Positions 1 to 10,727 of a stretch of 64,000 nucleotides of DNA are shown here, in pieces. Each line of letters begins with the position of its first letter. Within the stretch, counting starts at the first letter, position 1. Origin of the DNA: Candidatus Latescibacterota bacterium (GTDB lineage: Bacteria; Latescibacterota; UBA2968; UBA8231). The stretch is from contig CBDBIJ010000022.1 of NCBI GenBank assembly GCA_965205655.1, positions 96,001 through 160,000 on the forward strand, in the 5' to 3' direction. Under the pieces are notes generated by a model that saw nothing but the letters and a program-made list of their open reading frames with translations, ran no database searches and had not been told where the DNA came from. A program made the translations under genes and the position numbers.

Positions 1-2
1 AC

Positions 3-275
3 TGGCAGGGGGACGCCCTGCGACAGGCGGACAAACTGTCGACGGATGATATGGCGCAGATGAGCTACTACCGGCAGGCCGGATACTTTCAGGACACGCC
101 CGAGCCGTTTGCCGATCTCGGCGAGATCGCCGCCGGCCTCAAACCGGGCCGCGAACATGACGGCGAGCGCTCCATCTGCATCAATCTCGGCATCGCCCTC
201 GACGACATGGCGACGGCAATCGTCGTTTACAGGAAAGCGGTCGCGCAGGGGATCGGCACCGAACTACCCTTCTGA
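3..275 (+). CDS. Ornithine cyclodeaminase/mu-crystallin family protein, C-terminal part (runs off window start)
   Basis: The frame is open from position 3. ADLGEIAAGLKPGR...NLGIALDDMATA..VYRKA...GIG is the typical OCD/CRYM C-terminus. Confidence 0.85.
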   Translation, partial: WQGDALRQADKLSTDDMAQMSYYRQAGYFQDTPEPFADLGEIAAGLKPGREHDGERSICINLGIALDDMATAIVVYRKAVAQGIGTELPF

Positions 276-2168
276 GGTCTTTCGCGGGTACCCGACGGCC
301 GCAAGCGCGACTGCAATTTCTTCAAGAATATCCGGATCGTCGATGGTAGCGGGAATTTGATACTCCACCCCGTCGGCGATCTTTTTCATCGTCCCCCTCA
401 GAATCTTGCCCGAACGAGTCTTTGGCAGGCGCTCGACGACTGCCGCCGTCTTGAACGACGCGACCGGCCCGATCTGATCGCGAATCATCTGGATCAGCTC
501 CTTCACGATTTTCGGGTGCGGGCGCTCGACGCCGGCATTGAGCACAACGGCACCGAGCGGGATTTCGCCCTTGAGCTCGTCAGCAACACCGAGAACGGCG
601 CATTCTGCGATGTCGGGATGTGAGGATAGCACTTCTTCCAACGCCCCGGTTGAGAGGCGATGGCCGGCGACATTTATGATGTCGTCGGTGCGACTCATGA
701 TCCACAGATAGCCATCCTCGTCCTTGTAACCGGCGTCCGCGGTCTTGTAGTAGCCCGGGAAATCGCTCAAGTAGGAGCTGCGATAGCCGTCGTCGTTCTG
801 CCACAGCGTCGGCAGACAGCCGGGCGGCAGGGGCAGGTGGATCCCGACGCTGCCGATGTTGCCGGCCGCCACCTCTTCCACGCTTTCGTCCAGCACGCGC
901 ACGTCAAAACCGGGAACGGGCACGCCGGCCGAACCGGGCTTGATCGGCAACAACTCGATACCGACGGGGTTGGCGCAGATCGGCCAGCCAGTTTCCGTTT
1001 GCCACCAGTGATCGATGACGGGCACGCCGAGTTTGTCCCGCGCCCAGTTCAGGGTGTCCGAATCGCAGCGCTCGCCGGCCAGAAAGAGCGTGCGAAAGTG
1101 ACTCATGTCGTATTTGGCGACGAACTCGCCATCTGGATCATCCCTCTTGATGGCGCGAAAAGCCGTTGGAGCCGTAAACAGCACTTTGACGTCGTGCTCG
1201 GAGATGACACGCCAGAAGGCCCCCGGATCCGGCGTACCGACCGGCTTGCCCTCGTAGAGCACAGTGGTACAACCGCGGAAGAGCGGTCCATAGACAATGT
1301 AGGAATGCCCGACGACCCACCCGACGTCGGAGGCCGCCCAATAGACATCGCCGCAGTCGACGCCGTAGATGGCTTCCATGCTCCAAGTGAGTGCCACGAG
1401 GTGTCCTCCGTTGTCCCGCACGACACCCTTGGGAACCCCGGTGGTACCGGAGGTGTAGAGTATGTAGAGCGGATCGGTGGCGGCGACGGGTATGCAGTCC
1501 ACTGGCTGAGCGCTCGCCATTGTTTCTGCCCAGTCTACGTCCCGTCCGCTTATCAGGGATGCCGCTTCCTGTGGCCGCTGCAAGACGACGCACTTTTGAG
1601 GTTTGTGTGAGGCCGTCTCGATGGCTGCATCGAGCAGGGGTTTGTAAGAGACGACGCGGGCGACCTCGATACCACAGGATGCGGAGACGATGACCTTGGG
1701 CCGGGCGTCGTCAATACGAGTGGCCAACTCTTTGGAAGCAAAACCGCCAAACACGACGGAGTGGATGGCACCTATGCGCGCGCAGGCCAGCATGGCCACG
1801 ACCGTCTCAGGAACCATGGGCATGTAAACGATCACGCGATCGCCTTTAGCTACGCCGAGAGAATCTAACACCCCGGCGAACAGAGATACCTGCTCGAGAA
1901 GCTCCCCATAGGTGAGTCGCTTCACCGTGTCGGTGACAGGGCTGTCGTACACGAGAGCGAGCTGATCCGCGCGGCCGGCTTCACAGTGGCGATCGAGTGC
2001 GTTGTAGCACGTATTGACCTGAGCCCCTGCGAACCAGCGACTGAGCGGCCTGTTCGAGCTGTCGAGCACTTGGTCCCAGCGCTTGTACCACGAGACGCGG
2101 TCTGCCGCATCTTCCCAGAAGCTTTCCGGATCCTTGCGCCAGCGGCTGTAGGTCTGCTGGTAGTTCAT
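264..2168 (-). CDS. prpE: Propionyl-CoA synthetase (acetate/propionate--CoA ligase)
   Basis: 634 aa with AMP-binding YTSGTTGVPKG, HSVVFGGF, DHWWQTETG and LPKTRSGKILR motifs. Confidence 0.85.
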   Translation of the reverse strand: MNYQQTYSRWRKDPESFWEDAADRVSWYKRWDQVLDSSNRPLSRWFAGAQVNTCYNALDRHCEAGRADQLALVYDSPVTDTVKRLTYGELLEQVSLFAGVLDSLGVAKGDRVIVYMPMVPETVVAMLACARIGAIHSVVFGGFASKELATRIDDARPKVIVSASCGIEVARVVSYKPLLDAAIETASHKPQKCVVLQRPQEAASLISGRDVDWAETMASAQPVDCIPVAATDPLYILYTSGTTGVPKGVVRDNGGHLVALTWSMEAIYGVDCGDVYWAASDVGWVVGHSYIVYGPLFRGCTTVLYEGKPVGTPDPGAFWRVISEHDVKVLFTAPTAFRAIKRDDPDGEFVAKYDMSHFRTLFLAGERCDSDTLNWARDKLGVPVIDHWWQTETGWPICANPVGIELLPIKPGSAGVPVPGFDVRVLDESVEEVAAGNIGSVGIHLPLPPGCLPTLWQNDDGYRSSYLSDFPGYYKTADAGYKDEDGYLWIMSRTDDIINVAGHRLSTGALEEVLSSHPDIAECAVLGVADELKGEIPLGAVVLNAGVERPHPKIVKELIQMIRDQIGPVASFKTAAVVERLPKTRSGKILRGTMKKIADGVEYQIPATIDDPDILEEIAVALAAVGYPRKTSEG

Positions 2169-2344
2169 GCTTGCGTTGAGTAGATCACCGATAACAGCAC
2201 TTCGTGAACGATGAAGGGTCGGTAGTATCGCTCGAAGATCAGTCCCTGTCGAGCAGGTGTTGACATCGAGCAGCTGCCCTATACTATCGACACCGCGCCC
2301 TATCCTAGAAAAGCAATAGACTCAACTCGCCACCGGCCTGTCGA

Positions 2345-3145
2345 ATGCCCGCAGCACTGCCACTCGTCGCCCACGACCATCCCGAGGCCCGGCTCAGGGT
2401 GCTCGAGACGGATGGGTTCGCCTACTTTCCGAAAGCGGTCTCTTCTGCAGAAGCGAGCGAACTCCGAGCGGCGATGGATCGTCTCGCCGCGATTCCGGAG
2501 AGCTACGACAGACACCGCACTCCTGAAGAGGGCGGGTTCCTCCACAAGTCGATCAACAACGCCTTCAACAGGGACCCGATCTTTCTGCCGTTCCTCGACC
2601 GGCGGGAAATCATCGAGTTGGCCGAGGCGGCCCACGGCGAGGATTGCCACGTCATCGGCATGACAGCCTTGATGACCGGTCCCGGGCGCCCCGATCAGGG
2701 GTTGCACATCGATTATCTCGCGGCGCCGCTTCCCGAAGACATCATGCGAGATCCGCGGGTCAGCTTGCCGATCTTCATCAGTACCGCGCACTTCTACCTG
2801 GATGACATGTATCCGGAATTGGGGCCGACGAGCTTCGTCCCCGGGAGCCACCGGTCCGGGCGCTCGCCGGACGGCGATACTTCATGGCAGGGCGTGGCTG
2901 AGCAGAGTATTCTGTGCGAGGCCGGCGACGCGGTCGTGTTTCGGAGCGAGGTCTGGCACCGCGGTACGGCAAATACGAGTGACCAGGTGCGCTACCTGCT
3001 CCAGGTTCACTACGCCCGCCGCATGATCACGCAAAAGTTTCCGCCCTACCTCAACGGATTTCAGTTCGACGAGTCCATTCTGGCGCGGGCGACACCGCGC
3101 CAGCTGCGACTACTCGGCGATCATCCGCACAGCAGCTACGATTAG
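2345..3145 (+). CDS. Phytanoyl-CoA dioxygenase (PhyH) family Fe(II)/2-oxoglutarate dioxygenase
   Basis: HxD motif (LHID), GPTSFVPGSH and distal WHRG..N.S..R motif. Confidence 0.85.
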   Translation: MPAALPLVAHDHPEARLRVLETDGFAYFPKAVSSAEASELRAAMDRLAAIPESYDRHRTPEEGGFLHKSINNAFNRDPIFLPFLDRREIIELAEAAHGEDCHVIGMTALMTGPGRPDQGLHIDYLAAPLPEDIMRDPRVSLPIFISTAHFYLDDMYPELGPTSFVPGSHRSGRSPDGDTSWQGVAEQSILCEAGDAVVFRSEVWHRGTANTSDQVRYLLQVHYARRMITQKFPPYLNGFQFDESILARATPRQLRLLGDHPHSSYD

Positions 3146-4275
3146 TGCCGCATCGTTGCCTTGGTCCCTGGACTGATGGCCGGAAAGTAAACCCACAGGT
3201 GGTTGATGCGTTCGTGCTGGCCGAAGTAGATCTCTCCCCCCGCACCCGTCGCGGCACAGCGAAAGACATAGCCGTACTGCCTGACGCTTAGTATGCTGAC
3301 GGCGATGCTCAAGTTGCGGACTGTGCCGACGCCGGGGTCGTAGCAGAACAGATGGCCGATGTCGTCGTTCTCTCCGGCGTGGCCGAAAACCCGCCCGTCG
3401 TGACCGACTGCAAGACATCCGATTCCGTCGAGCCGTGAGACTTTGCCGATCGTCGCGAGGCGCCGACGTTGCGGATCTAGCGTGAACAGCAGACCGTCGG
3501 GGTCAGTGCCACCATAGACGACTCCACTGTGGCGATCCACGGCCCAGGTTACGGTCTGCGGTCGACCGGACTCCAGCGTGGGCAGAAATTGACCTGTGCA
3601 TTCAACGCGTTCGTCGGTGACGTCGCAAACCCACAGTTCACCGTTTGCTGATGCGCCCCAGACGCGACCGCTCTCGTAGGCCACAAGTCGGTCGCGCGCG
3701 GAGATCGGTCCCTCTACCTGGCCGACCGTGCGCAGCTCGTGGCTATCCATCGGAATCAGGAAAACCGCTCCATCCTCAGCAATGCCTGCGATAGCTGATC
3801 CGTCGAGCACCGGTAGTGAGTGGACTACCCTTGTCGACTCGAATAGGTCGCAGACCTTGCTCGGGTTGGAACGGCCGGCCAGGGCCCATTCCTGGATGAG
3901 CCCGCGCATGGCCGTCGCCTCGACGCGCCACAGCGCCGATCCGGAAGCACTGGAGGCGACGACAAACAGCTCGTTTTCCGACCCTTCATTCACGGCCATG
4001 CCGTCGACGGATGTCGCCTCCGGGATCACGGCGGCGTCGCGCATGGCGCCCGTCTCTCCGTGAATGGAACCGACCAGGACGTGGGCGCGCGCGCCGCTCG
4101 TGCCACAGTAAATCTGCCTGTCCGCACCGATCAGGATGGAATTCAGCGCCGTCTCACCGGCCGGCGGTGGTTGGGATTGACCTGGCAGGCATAAAGGCTG
4201 CGCCACGAGGACCCCCTCGGTGAGCGTATCAGCGGCGGGGTCGTGATCAATGCGGACGGTCTTTGCGCGGGCCAT
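3142..4275 (-). CDS. Hypothetical beta-propeller protein
   Basis: 377 aa with repeated blade-like units (VYGGT.PDG.LF..DP, LAVGHDGRVFG, HLFCYDP, ATGAGGEIYFG). Starts 9 nt after the upstream propeller gene ends. Confidence 0.65.
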   Translation of the reverse strand: MARAKTVRIDHDPAADTLTEGVLVAQPLCLPGQSQPPPAGETALNSILIGADRQIYCGTSGARAHVLVGSIHGETGAMRDAAVIPEATSVDGMAVNEGSENELFVVASSASGSALWRVEATAMRGLIQEWALAGRSNPSKVCDLFESTRVVHSLPVLDGSAIAGIAEDGAVFLIPMDSHELRTVGQVEGPISARDRLVAYESGRVWGASANGELWVCDVTDERVECTGQFLPTLESGRPQTVTWAVDRHSGVVYGGTDPDGLLFTLDPQRRRLATIGKVSRLDGIGCLAVGHDGRVFGHAGENDDIGHLFCYDPGVGTVRNLSIAVSILSVRQYGYVFRCAATGAGGEIYFGQHERINHLWVYFPAISPGTKATMRH

Positions 4276-4284
4276 CGACGATCG

Positions 4285-5502
4285 CTACCCCCACGTTCTC
4301 AACGGCTCGTGCAGGTCGTCACCCTCGGACGGCCGCGGCAGGCGCGCGATTCCAGCCGGAAAAGGCACGGCCAGCATGCCAAAAAACAGATTGCCGAATC
4401 GATCACGGGCGCCGCGTGAGACATAGAACGACTTGCGGCCCGGTTGCTCGAAATGGGCCACGTCATGACGCTCGAGCGTTTCCGTGTCCATTTGCACGAC
4501 CACACCGTAGACCGAATCGTCGTTCGGCAGAGGGTCTTCCTCAGGCCAGCGATTGGCTCCGTAGTAGAGCATGCCGTCGGCGCCGAAGACCAGTCCGCCG
4601 CAGTGATCGTTACCGAACGCCATCAGTGCTGTGCGATCTCGGTCCTGGTGCACGGGTCCCAGGTCCTCCATTCGCCCGCGCGGTCCGTCTTCGGGCCAGT
4701 AGCGGAACAGGTGCGGGTCGATCGCCCACGGCACACCGTATACGCATTCGCCGTCGGGCGAGCTCACGACGTCGTAGAGGACGTTGTGCCAGTTGCACAG
4801 ACTCGGGTTATGAGGGACGAACACGGGCAGCTCTTCCAAGGTGTCGCTGTCCGGATCGTAGCGCACGATTTGTCCCTGGTCGTTCGAGGTGAACACCCGG
4901 CCGCGGCGATCGGTGAAAATCGCCTGGGAGTTGACCGAGCCCAGACGGCCCAGGCTGCGGATCTCGCGTTTCGCCAGGTCGAAGATCCAGAAGTGATCGC
5001 GCGGGTAGGAAATCGCGTAGAGGCGTGCGCGCTCCTCGTCGAGCGCCAGGCACCGGCAGCCTTCGCGCGGAATGAACTCGCTCGTCCAGGCCACTTCGTC
5101 GCGGTGCACATCGTAGGCGACGAGCCACGATGCGGGAAAAGCAGTTGCGGCGTTCTTCCATTCCGACCAGGGCGAGTACTTGTCACGGCCGTAACCCGGA
5201 GCGCTCAGATGAGTCGCCGCAAAGAGGATACCATCCCGCTGCGACGGCGCGAAGCTGTAGTGGATCTTGCACTGAGTCGCCCGCCCCGAATCCCAGGGTT
5301 CGTCGACGACTCGGGCGATGTTGACTACCTGGTCGAGTGAATCCGTCTCGTCGTTGTAGCGCAGCACATTGACCTGCCCGCCCGGCGTGTGCTCACAGCA
5401 CGCCGCGGCGTAGATGCGGCCATCCGGTCCCGTGTGTATGCTCCAGCAGGTATCAGCCAGCGGATCCAGATCGAATGAATAGAACTTGGCTAACTCCATC
5501 AT
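4285..5502 (-). CDS. Hypothetical beta-propeller protein
   Basis: 405 aa with blade-like repeats (GPDGRIY, DRRGRVFT, RYDPDSD, GADGMLYYG, DRFGNLFFG). No obvious signal peptide. Confidence 0.7.
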   Translation of the reverse strand: MMELAKFYSFDLDPLADTCWSIHTGPDGRIYAAACCEHTPGGQVNVLRYNDETDSLDQVVNIARVVDEPWDSGRATQCKIHYSFAPSQRDGILFAATHLSAPGYGRDKYSPWSEWKNAATAFPASWLVAYDVHRDEVAWTSEFIPREGCRCLALDEERARLYAISYPRDHFWIFDLAKREIRSLGRLGSVNSQAIFTDRRGRVFTSNDQGQIVRYDPDSDTLEELPVFVPHNPSLCNWHNVLYDVVSSPDGECVYGVPWAIDPHLFRYWPEDGPRGRMEDLGPVHQDRDRTALMAFGNDHCGGLVFGADGMLYYGANRWPEEDPLPNDDSVYGVVVQMDTETLERHDVAHFEQPGRKSFYVSRGARDRFGNLFFGMLAVPFPAGIARLPRPSEGDDLHEPLRTWG

Positions 5503-5639
5503 TCCGCGATCGTAGATACAAGACGATTATATGTCAACATTCTCTACATTGTGTTGTGCGGTCTCGAGCAGTGCAGCTGGTGTAAACTTCTCCGCGTCGA
5601 GTCCGTTTGAGTCCCCTCGGCCGGATTGGAGCACAGACC

Positions 5640-7883
5640 ATGAGCAAGGCTGGTAACATCAAGAGGGTCGGTTCGACGGCCCAGAGATTGAGGGAGTTGC
5701 CCTACGAGAAGCGCGTGTGCAAGGTCGAGAGCTATCCGCCTTGTTCCGAGTGGGATTTCGACGGTGATGGGCCCTCGGTAGAGGAGTACGTGGACTTTCT
5801 CGCCGATGTCGGTTTGGAGGTGCACACCATACAGGGAAGCCTGAATCGCGGCAGCCCCCGCTTTGCCTCCCAAATGCTCCCACCTCATCCACACCTGGAC
5901 TCCGATCCGCTTCCCAGGTTTCTGGAGCTGTGCCACGAAAAGGGGATCATCGTCCTGTCATACTACCCGCTGATCTTCAACAAACAGCTCAGGGCTGTCC
6001 ATCCCGAATGGCTCGTCAAGATGTTCGACGAGCCTTCACTCGATTTGCCCTACGGCAATCGCGGCTGGTGGTGTCTCAACTCGCCGTTCCGGGATTGGAT
6101 CGTCGACTACCTGAACGAGTTCCTCGACAACCTGGACCTCGACGGCTTCTACTTCGACGACACCAACATTGGATCCCATTCAGACCATCCACCCAACCCT
6201 CCCAGAGAGTACCCGGGCTGTCATTGCCAGTACTGTGAAAAGCTCTTCAGGGAGGATACCGGGCTCGCCATCCCCCGCAACGTCGACTTCGATTCCCTGA
6301 ACTTCAGGCGCTATCTGGGATGGCGCTATGAAAAACTGCGGGAATCCATCAGGTACATCTTCCATGGCATCAAGGATAAACACCCCGATGCCGTCCTCGA
6401 GTTCTACTTCTACACACGCCCCTCTACCGATTGGGTCAGGGGACATCCCCTCAATCCGTTCAATCTCGGCCTCGATGGGCTCGGCTACTCCTTTACCGAA
6501 ATGGAGCGTTCGCTGCGGGACACGGGCTACATCGGCAAAATCAACCGTGGCAAAGGCACCGAATACTCGCTGTTGCGCAGCGATCAGCAGAAACTGCTCG
6601 ATGTTGCTGGCGGAACGGGACCGTATCCGGAACCGTACGCCTTCATGACCCATGGCCTGAGCGCCATCGCCAACGGCGGCCGGGCGTTTGTGAACTTCAG
6701 GTATCCCCATTTGCAATGGGATGCCGTCAAGCAGGCGTTCGCGGAACTCAAGAAGCGCGCCGACTACATCGAGGGCGACACGGTCAAACATGTTGCCCTG
6801 CACTACTCAATGCTAAACCGGGATTTTCGTCCCAATCAGATGCCTAAAAATCTCGGCAAGGTAGGAGGGGCGTATGCACCAGAGGATACCTACGGTGTCT
6901 ACGAGATGCTCAACCGGTCGCACATTCTGGTCGACTTTCTGTTCGACGAACAGTTGACAATCGACGAGCTGTGCAAATATCCGCTGCTGTTCCTGTCAAA
7001 CAGCACCTGCCTCACAGACGAACAGTGTGAACAGATAAGGAAGTATGTCGAGGATGGCGGCACGCTTATCGCCACCTACGAAACCTCCCTCATGGACGAG
7101 CTGGGCAGGGCGCGTGATAACTTCGCCCTTGCCGACGTGCTCGGTGTGAACTACAGCGTGGGCACCTTCGTACACGAGGGGCGTCATCCGTGGCAGATCG
7201 CTCCGAAGAAGGGGATCACCTGCGTACCTCATGACGCGGACCTGAAGGCGGAATTCGGCTACCTGATCGTCTTTGCGGCGACCGACTGCGAAATCGTGCT
7301 CAGGCCGGAGTCAGATACCACAGTCCTGGCCACCAAGAGCACCTACCAGATTTCGCCACCGGGTGATATGCGCGCAGCCGACCGGGGTTTCGCGTGTTTT
7401 CGACCTGGTGAGAATTATGACTCCACCGAGCCGGCAGTGACGGTGAATCGCTTCGGCAAGGGCCGCGCCTTTTACATCGCCGCCGATGTTGGCGGCGGCT
7501 ATGTCCACAATCCGTATCCATTACTGAAACGATTGGTGGTCAATCTGGTTCGGCGCACCCAGGTCCCAATCGAGTTCGACGCTCCGCAGGCCATCGAGGT
7601 GACCGCTGCCTTCCGCGACTCCGGGGAGCTGATGATTCACCTGCTCAACAATCCAATGCCGTTCATACCTCCGTCGATCTCCGGCGAGCACATTTCCACA
7701 TACTGTTACCACGAGGAGATCGTTCCCGTCCGGGACGTCGGTATAAAGGTCAACGATATGAAGATCGAATCTGCGACGATGCCGCTGCAGAGCTGTACCC
7801 TGGAGGCCGGACAGGATGCCACGTATGTACTTGTACCGGAAGTGAAGCTACATGAGGTGGTTCTTCTGGAGCTTGCGGATTAG
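5640..7883 (+). CDS. Glycoside hydrolase-like protein (GHL6/GH42-like TIM barrel plus beta-galactosidase trimerization domain)
   Basis: HPEW, CLNSPFRD, LDGFYFD, CHCQYC and a C-terminal GATase-like domain (YVEDGGTLIATYETS..DELG..R.NFALADVLG; NRFGKGRAFY). ATG at 5640 chosen as start. Confidence 0.75.
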   Translation: MSKAGNIKRVGSTAQRLRELPYEKRVCKVESYPPCSEWDFDGDGPSVEEYVDFLADVGLEVHTIQGSLNRGSPRFASQMLPPHPHLDSDPLPRFLELCHEKGIIVLSYYPLIFNKQLRAVHPEWLVKMFDEPSLDLPYGNRGWWCLNSPFRDWIVDYLNEFLDNLDLDGFYFDDTNIGSHSDHPPNPPREYPGCHCQYCEKLFREDTGLAIPRNVDFDSLNFRRYLGWRYEKLRESIRYIFHGIKDKHPDAVLEFYFYTRPSTDWVRGHPLNPFNLGLDGLGYSFTEMERSLRDTGYIGKINRGKGTEYSLLRSDQQKLLDVAGGTGPYPEPYAFMTHGLSAIANGGRAFVNFRYPHLQWDAVKQAFAELKKRADYIEGDTVKHVALHYSMLNRDFRPNQMPKNLGKVGGAYAPEDTYGVYEMLNRSHILVDFLFDEQLTIDELCKYPLLFLSNSTCLTDEQCEQIRKYVEDGGTLIATYETSLMDELGRARDNFALADVLGVNYSVGTFVHEGRHPWQIAPKKGITCVPHDADLKAEFGYLIVFAATDCEIVLRPESDTTVLATKSTYQISPPGDMRAADRGFACFRPGENYDSTEPAVTVNRFGKGRAFYIAADVGGGYVHNPYPLLKRLVVNLVRRTQVPIEFDAPQAIEVTAAFRDSGELMIHLLNNPMPFIPPSISGEHISTYCYHEEIVPVRDVGIKVNDMKIESATMPLQSCTLEAGQDATYVLVPEVKLHEVVLLELAD

Positions 7884-8130
7884 CTCAAGTCCGATTGACC
7901 CGCAGAATTTCAACCTCTTCTTCGATGCGCCTGACCTCTTTTTTGTCGTACTCATCCCGGGACTGTGCCACCTCTTCCCGAGTCGGCCTTGTTACCGGCC
8001 ACTGGTCATCGTTGGCCACGCGCCAGGCGAGCCGGGCGCTCAGAAACGCAACTTCTTTCATATCGATCGCCCTTACCTTGTCCGCTGTGTCGTGAGCCGA
8101 ATGGTAGAAACCTCTTGTGAGGCTCGTCTC

Positions 8131-9559
8131 TGGTCAAGGCCCAGTTTCAGTTGAAACAAATCACAGGCTCGGGTGAGTGTGTCAGCCCATCATCGCGAGC
8201 TGTTTGATGCCGAGTTCGGCTTGTATGGCTTGCCGGAGCATCGGCAGATGGCGATAGCCCTTGACCCTGCGCAGACGTGGTTCGATGTCGAGCAGTGCCG
8301 TGGCTACCCAACGGTGACGCTGTGATGAGTTGGTCCAGCGTCGCACGTTGTGTGTGAGCTGCTCCAGGAGACTGTTGACGTTCTCGATGCAGTTGGTGGT
8401 GCGGAAGGAATCCTTGAGCATCGGCGTCAGTCCCAACCGATGGAGTGTGAGGGTCTCTTCCATGCCTTCCTCGAGGCTGTGTAGGGCGGACTGATTCATC
8501 AACTTCAAGCCCGGTTTGAGCGCGTCCAGTGCCGCCTTGGCCGCCTCGTATCTCGGTTTGCCGTAGGCCGCCTCCATCTTGCGACCCATACCGGACTGCT
8601 CGCTCTTGGACAGATACGACACGACGTTCTGGCGCTTGTGATACTGGCAGCGCTGCACGCAGGCATGTCCTTTGAGCACCGACATCACCGCCTTGTAAAG
8701 CCCCTTGGCGCCGTCGATGACGACCAACAGTCCGGCTTCGTACTGCATACCGCGTTCGACCAGATCGGACAGGAAGCGACGGCAGACGCGCTCGTTTTCC
8801 GTGGCCGCCTGCACGAAGCCAAGAGGGATCTTCTGTCCGTCGAGGGTGACGCCCAGGGCGATGATGATCTCCTCGTCCGCGAAGCTCTTGCCGTCGAGGA
8901 ATAGCGTCACCAGATCATATCCTTCCAGGGATCGCTCCTGGAATTCAGCCAGCTTTCGAGCCGTGCCTTTCACGTAACGACAGGACACCGATGAGGATGA
9001 CAGACCAAAGGCCTCGGGTACGGCCTCAGCGCAGGCCTCGTAGTTGCGCGTGGCGATGCCCTTCAGCATCCGCAACAGCAGACCTTCGTCCATCTGTCGA
9101 GGCGTCTGCAGTGCCTGGTAAACATCCAGCGGGACCTCGGTATGGTTGGCCACGTTGCGCACCCGCGGCACATCGACGGGTAGTTTCTGGTCGGCCAGGT
9201 ACACCGACCCGAGCTGAGACCCCCAGCGGCGTAACGGCTGATCCGACCCCTTGCGCTGATACCGCGGCCCAGCCAACTCAACGACCGCTCTTTGCAGCTC
9301 CTCCGCGACCGCCTGCAGCCCCAAGGGAATCAGCCATTGGATCGCCTCGATCCGGCCATCCAGGTCCTCTACTTGCTCTGCAGTCTCGGGTGCTACCTTG
9401 CCGATGCTCACCGTTCGTTTGACGCCCTTCTTCCGTGCTACCAGCTTGCTCATTGCAGGCTCCCCATCGTTACCGATGCGAGACTTCTTCCAACGGGCTT
9501 CTCGTATCAAAACGTAACGATTGGAGCCTGTGCTGTTTCAACTAAGATCGGGACAAAGC
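8131..9559 (-). mobile_element. IS256-family insertion sequence (1429 bp)
   Basis: Flanked by the 9-bp direct repeat GCTCGTCTC (8122-8130 and 9560-9568). Imperfect terminal IRs share AGTTGAAACA. Encodes a mutator-type transposase. Confidence 0.9.
8182..9453 (-). CDS. IS256-family (mutator-type) DDE transposase
   Basis: LFLDG, VIDGAKGL, QRCQYHK.QN and RTTNCIE motifs. Start placed at MSKLVARK (9453). Confidence 0.9.
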   Translation of the reverse strand: MSKLVARKKGVKRTVSIGKVAPETAEQVEDLDGRIEAIQWLIPLGLQAVAEELQRAVVELAGPRYQRKGSDQPLRRWGSQLGSVYLADQKLPVDVPRVRNVANHTEVPLDVYQALQTPRQMDEGLLLRMLKGIATRNYEACAEAVPEAFGLSSSSVSCRYVKGTARKLAEFQERSLEGYDLVTLFLDGKSFADEEIIIALGVTLDGQKIPLGFVQAATENERVCRRFLSDLVERGMQYEAGLLVVIDGAKGLYKAVMSVLKGHACVQRCQYHKRQNVVSYLSKSEQSGMGRKMEAAYGKPRYEAAKAALDALKPGLKLMNQSALHSLEEGMEETLTLHRLGLTPMLKDSFRTTNCIENVNSLLEQLTHNVRRWTNSSQRHRWVATALLDIEPRLRRVKGYRHLPMLRQAIQAELGIKQLAMMG

Positions 9560-10727
9560 GCTCGTCTCGGGATCGCAGATAAAAACACTGGGGACGCTGG
9601 CCGCCATAAAGGGATAGTGATCAGCGGAAAGGTGCTCGGGCTCCCGCAGGGGTGAGGTATCCCGGTCGACGAAGAGATTCTCGTTCATCTCGTCGCACAG
9701 GGCGCGGAAGTAGTCAGTCGTGTCCGGGCCGTAAACCTTCAGCCCGAACAGAGCGTTGCTGCCGGATGCGTCCAGGTTGAGCATCAACCGGGTGTTGGCG
9801 ATGTCCTCGACATGACCGTTTACGTAGGCGTGGGCGCCGATCAGTCCGAGCTCCTCGACACCGAAGAGCACGAAACGCACGGTGCGCTCGAGCCGGTCGG
9901 CGAGCCGGGGCAGAACCCTGGCGGTTTCGAGGGCCGCGACCAGCCCTGAGGTCGGGTCTGCCGCACCCTGTCCGATGTCGTGGCCATCGTAGTGGTTGCC
10001 GATGATGATCAGCTCGTTACCGCCGGGTGATGACGGTGTCACGTCACCGATGATGTTCCACGACGGCTTTCTCGACTGCACGTCGGTGGTTTCGACTTCT
10101 GCTTCGACCGACCCCCTCCGGCGGGCCAGTCGTCGCAACAGAAGTCCCGTCTCCCTGGAAACCATCACTCCGGGGATCAGGCCCCACGTGTCAAAACCAA
10201 GTGCCCCTGTCAACGGACCAACGCCTTCCGTGTCTCCCATAAAAATGAACGCTTTGGCCCCGGCGAGAATTGCGCGGTTGTACTTTTCCGTTCGGTGAAT
10301 CCAGCGTTTTGCCGAGGTTGGATTGACGTTGGTCACCAGGGCGATATTGCCCTCGAGCTCGGTTTTCATGGCATCGAAGGTTTCGGGAGCGCCAGGTCCG
10401 AGATCGACGATCCGTCCGCGCACGCAACCAGCAGGCGACATCGGCATGGATAGACAGTCCAGCTCCGCCGGCCGGTCCGACGTCACCGCAAGTCTGGCGC
10501 CTCCCCGCGTCCAGCCGTGGTACTCGAACGCCTCGTTGTGAACGTTGTCGAGCCCGTATTCCCGGAGTTTGCTCTCCAGGAACCGCGCCGCTTCCTCTTC
10601 TTGAGGAGTGCCGGCGAAGCGACTACCCATCTCATCGCAGAGAATATCGAAATTCGTCCACAGTTCACTCGAGGTGAATATGTGGCCGGCGAGCATCCGA
10701 TCCAGAGGGTTTGCGTCCGCCATACCG

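Larger units (their letters stand above)
7885..10723 (-). pseudogene. M28 family metallopeptidase interrupted by an IS256 element
   Basis: The N-part (10723-9560) has GNHYDGHD, GAADPTSG, FGVEELG, NLDA and ADHYPF. The C-part (8130-7885) continues in frame after IS removal: ETSLTRGFYHSAHDTADKV...RVNRT*. Confidence 0.9.

Noticed and set aside
660..1610. Long antisense ORFs (e.g. 660-1610, 4444-5340, 38073-39293, 50254-51288)
   Set aside because: They are shadows of well-supported opposite-strand genes in GC-rich DNA and carry no family motifs.
7852..8154. Plus-strand ORFs 7852-8154 and 7895-8095
   Set aside because: They are antisense to the displaced C-terminus of the M28 peptidase.
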